The notes beneath the pieces are model-generated. The model made no database searches and had not been told where the DNA came from. It saw only the letters and a list, made by a program, of their open reading frames with translations. DNA of 64,000 nucleotides from Bacteroidales bacterium (lineage in GTDB: Bacteria > Bacteroidota > Bacteroidia > Bacteroidales > UBA10428), in the NCBI GenBank assembly GCA_016935355.1, contig JAFGRC010000018.1, positions 284-64,283 on the forward strand, in the 5' to 3' direction. This document shows, in pieces, positions 56,582 to 64,000 of the stretch. Every line of letters begins with the position of its first letter. Positions within the stretch are counted from its first letter, which is position 1. The translations under genes and the position numbers were made by a program.

Positions 56582-58081
56582 TTAATTATTGATACTATAC
56601 AATTCCGAAGGAATAATTTCCTGGTCATTTTCAAAATCATAAAGACTCTGGATCTTCAGGTTCAGCAATTCGATCTTGTAATTGATCAGCGCCTGTGCAC
56701 TGGAGATCTTTCTTTCGGACAGCTGGGTCTGATACAGGTTCAGGTCCATTCCCGTAAGGTCGCCGTTTTCATAACGCTGCAGATTGATCTCATACGTCAG
56801 CTGTGCATTGGTTTCACTCTGCCTTGCAATTTCAATCTGGTTGAGCTGATTCTGCAGGTTTCTGTATACCTGTCGTATGTCTATGATGATCTGCTGTTTC
56901 TCTTCTGAAAGATTGATTTCGGCCGACTGGATGTTGGCTTCCTGTGCCCCGATCCTGGCTTTTCTTTCGCCCCAGTCAAAAATCGGGATATTGAAAGAAA
57001 GCGACACCTGTGGATTTCTTGTCGGTGTTTCATAAATCTGTCCGATAGCCTCGTTATCACCGGTAATGCCCACCGAAAGACTTACATTGCCACTGAATTC
57101 ATTCATCGCCTTCGTCTGGATCAATGAGAACTGGCTGTTCTCAATATCAATTTCCCGTTGACGGATTTCCATACGGGATGCCAATCCGTGTTCTATCGCC
57201 CTTTCCAGGTCAACCTGAACAGTATCTACTTCAACTTCAGCCATAATAACGATATCGGTATACAGATCCATACCCAGATACAGTTTGAGCTGGTCTTTCG
57301 CATTCTCATAGGATACCTGGCTGTTTTGAAGAGACGACTTTGAAGTGGACAGGTTCAGCTCAGCCTGATACAATTCCTCCTGAGCGACAAGTCCGGCCTC
57401 CACCTTATTTTTTATAATATCATAGCTGTTCTGTGTATTGGAAAGCTCTTCCTGAGCGATTTCAAGATTCAGCTGGGACATGTATACATTATAGAAAAAC
57501 TGGGTGATGTTTCTTTCAAGATTCAACCGCTGCATGGCATAGCTGATCCGGGCATTCTCAAAGTTCAGCTCCAGTTGTTTCAGGTTCATTTGCTGTCTGT
57601 TGTAAGTGAATACGGGCTGTTCCAGGCTCAGATACAGATTGTTCGTGAAAGCTTTGTTTGCACCTTCACTGCCGCCGAAGTCCGAGCTGGTGTTCTGCCA
57701 TCCGAACCGGTTGACCAGTGAGATGGTTCCGTCTGTCCACAGGATCGGTTGCGATACCCTCAGGGTTGAGTTTGTGGAAAATGACTCACTTGTATACCAT
57801 TGCTGAGTGCGGTCATCAAATTGCCGTGAATTGGAATAGTTCACCGGATTCAAAGTCAGGCTGAATTGTGATTTCAAGGATGCCCGCTGGGCTTCCAGAT
57901 TTTTCTGGTAGCGTTCCAGGTTCAGCAGTTGAAGTTGTATCGTCGGACTGGTCGACTCCCCGATTTCCAAAGCCCTTTCCAGTGTAAGTACCTCCTGGGC
58001 CTTCAGCATATTAAAGCCCGCAATTAAAGCAATAAACAATATTGTCTTCAAAAATTTAAAAAAAAGTTGAAAGGTTTTCAT
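56582..58081 (-). CDS. TolC-family outer membrane efflux protein
   Basis: 499 aa with a signal peptide. It has two tandem OEP-type helical repeats rich in Q/N/L/E. Confidence 0.9.
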   Translation of the reverse strand: MKTFQLFFKFLKTILFIALIAGFNMLKAQEVLTLERALEIGESTSPTIQLQLLNLERYQKNLEAQRASLKSQFSLTLNPVNYSNSRQFDDRTQQWYTSESFSTNSTLRVSQPILWTDGTISLVNRFGWQNTSSDFGGSEGANKAFTNNLYLSLEQPVFTYNRQQMNLKQLELNFENARISYAMQRLNLERNITQFFYNVYMSQLNLEIAQEELSNTQNSYDIIKNKVEAGLVAQEELYQAELNLSTSKSSLQNSQVSYENAKDQLKLYLGMDLYTDIVIMAEVEVDTVQVDLERAIEHGLASRMEIRQREIDIENSQFSLIQTKAMNEFSGNVSLSVGITGDNEAIGQIYETPTRNPQVSLSFNIPIFDWGERKARIGAQEANIQSAEINLSEEKQQIIIDIRQVYRNLQNQLNQIEIARQSETNAQLTYEINLQRYENGDLTGMDLNLYQTQLSERKISSAQALINYKIELLNLKIQSLYDFENDQEIIPSELYSINN

Positions 58082-58104
58082 TTTTATTGATTTGTTAATT
58101 TATT

Positions 58105-61100
58105 TTATAGCTTAACCAGTTTGATCGCATCGGCATATACAATTCTTTGTTCTGATTTATTGGACAGCTGGATCACTGCACCATCACCCGATGAAAACTG
58201 ATATGAGCCCAGTAAAACCCAGCCATTATTAGATGCACCTACATTAAGAATTTGTTCTTCCTCTCCTTCATCGTGAAAGATGTTAAAATAATAGTAATAA
58301 TCACGTTGACGTCCCAAATCACCGCGTCCACCAAAATCACCGCCAACCGGAGGGCCGCCTCCCGTAAAACCTCCCCTCATCACCATGGGTGAATTGTATA
58401 CATAATAATATACATCATAGTAACCCGGTTCATCAATGGGAACGGTCCATGTGGCCTTTTGATTGCCGTCTCCCGATTTGATATAGTATGCCGATCTGAC
58501 GATATGCCCGTAAAAATCCGAGCTTGTTGTTGCAGTCCAGCTTGCAGGCGGGCGAAACTGATTCACTCCGGAATATTTTTCTGCCGATTCATCCTCCTTA
58601 ATGAGCCATTTCCGGAGCAGACTGGTATTGGTCAATGTGCTGATCTGAAAACCAGGATCTTCATTATCAACAATTATTTCACCCGGCAGTACCAGGTTCA
58701 CAGGAGTTTCAGATATTCTTTCCCCTTCATATGCTGTTATCTTTGTGTTTTCAACAATATTTGAAAAAGGATTTGACAAAGTCTGGGGTATGTTTTCCGA
58801 TGTCAGGGTATTGATATCGGCCATTCTGGGTTCGCTGGGTAACAGAAAACTGAATTCCTTTGTCTGGTTGGCTTCCAGGTATAATATCTCATCTACCTGT
58901 TCATCAACATTTGAACTCCCGCCAAAACCTCCGGATCCTCTTCCTCCTCCCGACATTCCGCCACCAAAGCTCCCGGGCATACCACCACTGGTGCTCAGTC
59001 TGAATGACAATAAAATGACACCGTCAACATCTGACAGGTTCGACACCTTCAGGCTGACCATCGTTTTTAACTGATCTCCTGTCTTGACTTTCACCGCATT
59101 CAATGAGGAAATCAGATATTTGGGCAATTCCCTTTGATTGAACCAGTTTTCAACGAACTGGCCGAGCTCAATGCCAAAATGTTCCTGTGTTTTATTTTCG
59201 AATTCTTCGAATGACAAATTTTTAAATCTGTTTTCAACCAATACGGCTTTTAGAAAATCTCCAAGCACTTCTTCACTGGTCTGAGATTGAAGCATTACGA
59301 AAAATACCTGACTTTTGAGTGAAATCAGATCCGGAATGATATCCTTGCTGTTCAGATCCGTCAGGATTTCAACAAATGACTTATCCTGTAAAGCAATGTT
59401 TGCATCTTCCTCACCGCTTGATCCCGTAATATTCCTCATAAAGGAAGACCGCATATCGGTTCCCACACTGCTTCTTAAATAGTATTCGAAAATACGATTC
59501 ATAACAGGCCATTTGTCGGACCTGATATCATTCTGAAAGTTATATAATTGAGGGAAAAGATAATAGGGACTGGTTTCTGCTGTGCTTGTAATTTGTCCTG
59601 CCCCTGCAATCCTGATCATCATATCAGGGCGCTGCTGTGCATCCGTGAAATTTGCCATGAAATTATTCACGACCCTGAGCTGATAATCCCTGTCTGTCAG
59701 GCTTTCATCTCGGTTTCTGCCCTGCCGCTGTTGTCTTTTGATCATGAACCTGAAATCAGCGTCTGACAGCTGGTATGCTTTTTCAGGCATGTATACCTGC
59801 TCTGGTTGCACGTATTCCGAATAAGACCTCCAGATTCTGTCAAATGATTTGAACTGTGCCGGAACCTCCACAACGGAAATGCGGTTAAAGGCATAAGTAA
59901 GATCAAACTCGCGTTCAAGGTCATTCAGCTTGCCGGCAATTAAATTGGGAACCGTATCATTGATATCGGTCAGGACGTCTGAAAAATAATCGTGGCCTTT
60001 AAAATGCCATAAAGAAAACCTGATGTTGTCGGCTTCAAATGATTTTTCCTCATAATTTCCAATGGTGAGACTGATTTGTGTCAGGGATTGTTCAGGCCTG
60101 AACAGGAAGTTGCCTGAACCCTCCTGAGTGCTTACTCCCTGTGATATCGCGACAAGCGATTCACCGGTTGTTACATGAAGCGTATAATCCGTATAATTTC
60201 TCTTATCCCATCCCACATGTTCGGTCGAATAGCTCACTCCCGGTACCGGATACCAGTTTGCCTCCGGTGTCAGCAATACATAATTGGGTGTGACAAAAGC
60301 ATACCGCTTGTCGGCATTCATCAGAAGGTCGCCAAACATTTCTTCACGCTCCTCCCTGTCGATATCCAGATAACAGGCTGCTTCATTAACCTTGCCTGAA
60401 TAATCCAAACTGAGGCGTATTTCTTCACCCGGTTCAATTGCGGGATCAAGTCCGATGATCAGCAGATGATGTTTTCTTTCAAACTGCCTTTCCTGACCCT
60501 CAATGGTTATGCTGTTTGCCTGCAATCCCGGATTGAGGTGCAAAATGATTTCACCGAGGTCATTTGCGGAATTATTTTGCAGCAACATTTCTGATTCGAC
60601 CTCGAGCTGTTCACCGGTATGACTTAATTGAAGATCGTGTTGAATGACTTCCGGAGTGTATTCCCTGAAATACTGGTTGTTCAGTTCAACCATTTCCTTT
60701 CTCAGCCTTTCATCACCTTTAAAATTACTGATGTATTTGTATCCCAGGAAAAAACCTGCAATAATAAAAAGAATGCTGCCAATCAGGCTTATCAGGGTCA
60801 TGGATTCCGATTGTGGCAGACGTTTTAATATATACATGGTCATGAACACACATCCGACTCCCAGACTGAAGTATATTCCCCGGTGAAGCAGGATTTCCGG
60901 AAGATTTCCGAATCCGGTTACCTGAGACTGCAATAAGGGAATCTTAAATGCCATATAATCAAATAAATAATAGAATTTTTCCTGAAGCAGAAACAGGGTT
61001 ATCCCGATGTAACCCAGGATCAGAACAAAGGTAACGGCCTGATTCTGAATAACGCTCATGATCAAAAAGGACAATCCGATGATAAAAACCAGTGTTGGTA

Positions 61101-61563
61101 TGCTGATCAGCAACAGGTAAAGGGCATAAGATACCCAGTTCACTGCCGCCCCGGGAGCAAGAAGGTTAAAAACAAGTGCCATACCCAGAATCAGTATGTT
61201 CAGAAGCAGGAACACCTCAATATTTCCCCAGGTTTTACCGACCACATATTCCGCGTTGGTCATCGGACGCATATAAATGACTTCTGTAGTATCCAGTTTT
61301 TTATCCCTTTTCAGAAAGTCAGAGGCAAGAAATACCGCAATGATAGCCTGTGCAACGTTCAGGATCAGCAGGTTGAAATATGGAATTGTCGAGGGTATTG
61401 CACTGAAAACCCAGCGTGACATGCCTGCTTCTGACAGAAGAGCAAAGTTTACAATAAACAGCACCAGCATGGAAAGACTGCTGAAAATACGAAAGAACCA
61501 GCTCCGGAATAAGGTCTTCCTTTCGTATCTGGCAATTGATAATATATTATGCAAAGAGATCAT
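58105..61563 (-). CDS. ABC-2-type permease fused to an M1-aminopeptidase-like ectodomain (no HExxH) and a golvesin-like C-terminal domain
   Basis: 1152 aa.
- aa 1-~280 are polytopic and ABC-2-like.
- aa ~300-820 resemble the permease/M1-aminopeptidase fusion architecture (LHLNPGL...IRLSLDYSGKV, ...RISVVEVP...), but the protein contains no His-Glu dipeptide, so no HExxH motif.
- aa ~965-1152 match the golvesin-type pattern (GNQKATWTVPIDEPGYYDVYYY...NNGWVLLGSYQFSSGDGAVIQLSN...ADAIKLV). Confidence 0.7.
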   Translation of the reverse strand: MISLHNILSIARYERKTLFRSWFFRIFSSLSMLVLFIVNFALLSEAGMSRWVFSAIPSTIPYFNLLILNVAQAIIAVFLASDFLKRDKKLDTTEVIYMRPMTNAEYVVGKTWGNIEVFLLLNILILGMALVFNLLAPGAAVNWVSYALYLLLISIPTLVFIIGLSFLIMSVIQNQAVTFVLILGYIGITLFLLQEKFYYLFDYMAFKIPLLQSQVTGFGNLPEILLHRGIYFSLGVGCVFMTMYILKRLPQSESMTLISLIGSILFIIAGFFLGYKYISNFKGDERLRKEMVELNNQYFREYTPEVIQHDLQLSHTGEQLEVESEMLLQNNSANDLGEIILHLNPGLQANSITIEGQERQFERKHHLLIIGLDPAIEPGEEIRLSLDYSGKVNEAACYLDIDREEREEMFGDLLMNADKRYAFVTPNYVLLTPEANWYPVPGVSYSTEHVGWDKRNYTDYTLHVTTGESLVAISQGVSTQEGSGNFLFRPEQSLTQISLTIGNYEEKSFEADNIRFSLWHFKGHDYFSDVLTDINDTVPNLIAGKLNDLEREFDLTYAFNRISVVEVPAQFKSFDRIWRSYSEYVQPEQVYMPEKAYQLSDADFRFMIKRQQRQGRNRDESLTDRDYQLRVVNNFMANFTDAQQRPDMMIRIAGAGQITSTAETSPYYLFPQLYNFQNDIRSDKWPVMNRIFEYYLRSSVGTDMRSSFMRNITGSSGEEDANIALQDKSFVEILTDLNSKDIIPDLISLKSQVFFVMLQSQTSEEVLGDFLKAVLVENRFKNLSFEEFENKTQEHFGIELGQFVENWFNQRELPKYLISSLNAVKVKTGDQLKTMVSLKVSNLSDVDGVILLSFRLSTSGGMPGSFGGGMSGGGRGSGGFGGSSNVDEQVDEILYLEANQTKEFSFLLPSEPRMADINTLTSENIPQTLSNPFSNIVENTKITAYEGERISETPVNLVLPGEIIVDNEDPGFQISTLTNTSLLRKWLIKEDESAEKYSGVNQFRPPASWTATTSSDFYGHIVRSAYYIKSGDGNQKATWTVPIDEPGYYDVYYYVYNSPMVMRGGFTGGGPPVGGDFGGRGDLGRQRDYYYYFNIFHDEGEEEQILNVGASNNGWVLLGSYQFSSGDGAVIQLSNKSEQRIVYADAIKLVKL

Positions 61564-61575
61564 ATCAATAGAATT

Positions 61576-62481
61576 TTATTTAAAATCATCACTGTCCGTC
61601 CATTCACCAAGTTTTGCCTCCATAAAATACACATATGCATGTTCCAGGTTGGGATCAATATTGATCCCTGAATATCCGTTAATACTGTCGGCAACGACCT
61701 GTATCTCCCAGCCGTCCACTTCAGGGATGGTTGAAATAACGGGATATTTTTCGCTGATTTCCCGATATTCGTTTTCGGTTGCATTAATAAGCCATACCCG
61801 ACCCCTGGCTTCCTTTACCAGATCATCAGGGGACCCGTTAAAGGCCACGGATCCTTTGTCAAGCAAGGCCATATTTTCGCATGTACTGGAGATATCGCCC
61901 ACAATATGTGTGGAAAGAATGATAATGACATTTTTGGTGCTGATCGTGGATAGCAGGTTGCGGAACCTGATCCGCTCTTCCGGATCCAGTCCGGTAGTAG
62001 GCTCATCCACAATGATCAACCTCGGATCATTGATCAGGGCCTGAGCTATTCCCAGCCGTCTTTTCATACCACCCGACAGTTTGTTGGCCTGACGGTCGCG
62101 TGCTTCAAAAAGCCCGACTTCCTCCAGCATTTTCTCAACCGCAGACCTTCTTTTGGAGGCATCTTTCATTCCGGACAGACGGGCAGCATAATCCAGGAAT
62201 TCATAAGTTTTCAGCTTGGAAAAAAAGCGAAAATCCTGAGGTAAATAACCCAGCATCTTTCTGATCTCTTTCCTGTTTTTCCTGAGATCATATCCATCTA
62301 TGGTGACCCTGCCACTTGTAGGTCTCATCAGTGTCACCAGAATGCGCATCAGGGTCGATTTGCCGGCACCGTTCGGTCCCAGTAATCCGAACATGCCGTT
62401 CGGAATGGTCAGGTTGATATCCTTTAACGCCTTGTTGCCATTCCGGTATGTTTTATCCAGATTTTCAATGATAATTTCCAC
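61576..62481 (-). CDS. ABC transporter ATP-binding protein (stand-alone), GTG start
   Basis: Walker A GPNGAGKST, signature LSGGMKRR, Walker B LIIVDEPT, and H-loop STH. It starts at a GTG (forward cac, 62479-62481). It is a close paralog of the NBD fused to the RND gene. Confidence 0.93.
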   Translation of the reverse strand: MEIIIENLDKTYRNGNKALKDINLTIPNGMFGLLGPNGAGKSTLMRILVTLMRPTSGRVTIDGYDLRKNRKEIRKMLGYLPQDFRFFSKLKTYEFLDYAARLSGMKDASKRRSAVEKMLEEVGLFEARDRQANKLSGGMKRRLGIAQALINDPRLIIVDEPTTGLDPEERIRFRNLLSTISTKNVIIILSTHIVGDISSTCENMALLDKGSVAFNGSPDDLVKEARGRVWLINATENEYREISEKYPVISTIPEVDGWEIQVVADSINGYSGINIDPNLEHAYVYFMEAKLGEWTDSDDFK

Positions 62482-62710
62482 GGTTTGATGGTATTTGAAT
62501 TACATTAATGATTAAACAGATTTTTTGATATCCGGTTTTTCCAATCAACCACAACTTAAACTTGTCTTAATCCGGTACACTGGATTCGTCATTTAAATAA
62601 AATAACCGGAATAAAATTATGAACTATAGACATACAATTGCAAAATAACTATACCAATACCGGAAATTCATAGATAGATGGAATATTTCTGCCTATTCAT
62701 CGCTTATTCT

Positions 62711-62749
62711 AAAAAGATAAGGTGCCTCAACGTGAGACACCTTTATCTT
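62711..62749 (-). terminator. Imperfect hairpin terminator after the Gfo/Idh/MocA gene
   Basis: The stem is aagataaggtg / cacctttatctt with one bulge. On the minus strand it is followed by a T-run, seen as forward aaaaa at 62711-62715. It separates the oxidoreductase gene from the ABC/RND operon. Confidence 0.5.
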
Positions 62750-62768
62750 GAAACATTTAAGAAATCAA

Positions 62769-64000
62769 TTACATTGACCAGCCCGGACGGTATTCATAAT
62801 GGAACAGATCGTTGGCCTCGGGAAGATTGGTGATCTTCATATTGGCTGCATCATATTCCAGTGTTGTATTTGACCTTTGGGACAATACAGCTATGTTGGT
62901 CAACAGCATGATTTCAGTCAGTTTTGCCGAAACGGAGAAATCATTGCTTGATTTCTTTCCATTCTTGATGGCATCAATCCAGTCCTCAAAAATATTCCCG
63001 GTTCGTGGTATCCAGGGATCCGGACCCGTAAAATCGGGATCTGCAGGCACAAGTTCAGGATTTGCCCCATGGCTGCCGTGCATGATTATACCCTTTTCAC
63101 CAATGTAGGTTGCATCCCTGACTGAGCGACCCGGTTCCAGTCCGGCAGGACGTTCAGGTCTGAGGCCACCGTCACACCAGGTTACCTTGACAGCCGGCAT
63201 ATATCCTATGCCTGCTTCAAAGCGTTCCGGAAACTCATAAACCACCGTTTCAGCGAGAGGCAGGTACTCATCATTGTAAGGTGTTGAGGTTGCATGGATT
63301 TTGGTTGGGAATCCGAGATTTAAAGCCCAGATCGGTGCATCGAAAATGTGTGCACCCATGTCACCCATGGCACCGGTTCCGTAATCCCACAGACCACGCC
63401 AGAAAAAATGCAGTGTATCTGCGTTATAGGGTTTATATGGTGCGGGACCCAGCCAGATATCATAGTTCAGTGATTTGGGAATTTTCATAGCCCCGGGGCG
63501 TTCCAGATCACCCTGTGGCCAGAAGCCCAGAGGCCTGTTGGTCGACAGCCGTACTTCCTTTACCAGACCGATTACACCGGACTGGATCCACTCAACGGTT
63601 TGCCGGGTACCTTCAGTTGCATGTCCCTGATTGCCCATCTGTGTCACAACATCCATTTCTTTGGCAATTTCAGCAAGTCTGCGGCATTCATAGATGGTCT
63701 TGGCCATGGGTTTTTCAATGTAAATATGCTTCTTTGCCCTCATGAAAGCAGCAGCAATGGGAGCATGGTTGTGATCGGGCGTGCCGATGACCACGGCATC
63801 GATCGAAGGCTCCCTTTCCAGCATCTCACGCCAGTCCGTATAAATTTTGGCCTTGGGATAACCCTTGAATATATGCCCTGCATACTGGGTATCTACATCG
63901 CAAAGTGCATAAATGTTTGCCAGTTTTACGGGTTCCCTTTCAGCAGCGCCCATCTGCATGATGGCATTCGTATCCCGGACAGCAGCTCCGCCTGCCGCAG
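62769..64000 (-). CDS. Gfo/Idh/MocA-family oxidoreductase, 5' end beyond the window
   Basis: ALCDVD, GTPDHNH and EKP motifs of the NAD-binding domain. The frame stays open upstream of the listed ATG (63959) to the window edge (...AAGGAAVRDTNAIMQMG), so the true start is probably outside the window. Confidence 0.88.
   Translation of the reverse strand, partial: AAGGAAVRDTNAIMQMGAAEREPVKLANIYALCDVDTQYAGHIFKGYPKAKIYTDWREMLEREPSIDAVVIGTPDHNHAPIAAAFMRAKKHIYIEKPMAKTIYECRRLAEIAKEMDVVTQMGNQGHATEGTRQTVEWIQSGVIGLVKEVRLSTNRPLGFWPQGDLERPGAMKIPKSLNYDIWLGPAPYKPYNADTLHFFWRGLWDYGTGAMGDMGAHIFDAPIWALNLGFPTKIHATSTPYNDEYLPLAETVVYEFPERFEAGIGYMPAVKVTWCDGGLRPERPAGLEPGRSVRDATYIGEKGIIMHGSHGANPELVPADPDFTGPDPWIPRTGNIFEDWIDAIKNGKKSSNDFSVSAKLTEIMLLTNIAVLSQRSNTTLEYDAANMKITNLPEANDLFHYEYRPGWSM

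Noticed and set aside
62482-62768. A 287-bp leader region upstream of the ABC/RND operon, as a possible riboswitch or structured RNA.
   Set aside because: Only weak, short hairpins and no exact TAnnTTTG motif were found by eye. I recognise no known riboswitch core. It needs a covariance-model scan before any claim can be made.
1-64000. CRISPR arrays, rRNA genes, IS elements, prophage or defence-system genes.
   Set aside because: I saw no regularly spaced short repeats, no rRNA-like sequence, and no transposase, integrase, restriction, Cas or toxin-like ORFs on either strand. The only repeats found are the two 29-bp copies at 46691-46764.

Overview
This 64 kb window looks like a chromosomal segment from an anaerobic Bacteroidota-type genome. 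Supporting signs are exact TAnnTTTG -7 promoter motifs, many lipoprotein and outer-membrane genes, a PG0541-like transporter-associated gene, and nrfHA and buk/ptb metabolism. I support about 45 protein-coding genes, one tRNA-Lys(UUU), two probable gene remnants and several hairpin terminators. I saw no rRNA, CRISPR array, transposase or integrase.

From left to right:
- A conventional TolC-MFP-RND efflux operon with a small PII-like gene.
- Housekeeping and catabolic genes: serine hydrolase, aldo/keto reductase, GntP permease, Dcp peptidase.
- A histidine-kinase pair.
- purL, a GH13 enzyme, metA and rlmN.
- A large FAD/Fe-S oxidoreductase.
- A tightly packed pta / hbd-like / ackA / ptb / buk / kamA-like fermentation cluster.
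- Outer-membrane proteins, tRNA-Lys and a GT2 glycosyltransferase.
- nrfHA (ammonifying nitrite reductase), then a peroxiredoxin with a Cys-less Fur-family regulator.

The most unusual region is a seven-gene, roughly 15.6 kb minus-strand operon at 46865-62481. It interleaves two paralogous ABC modules with a TolC/MFP/two-RND pump. One ORF of 1574 aa (47616-52340) fuses a complete 12-TM RND permease, through an extra multi-TM linker, to an ABC ATPase domain. Both RND paralogs in this operon carry Asp-Asn/Asn where the conventional RND pump in the same window has the canonical Asp-Asp/Lys proton-relay residues. The operon's large ABC-2 permease is fused to an M1-aminopeptidase-like ectodomain that has no HExxH motif, and to a golvesin-like C-terminal domain with Gly-rich insertions.

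All functional calls rest on motifs and family resemblance read by eye. No database search was run.
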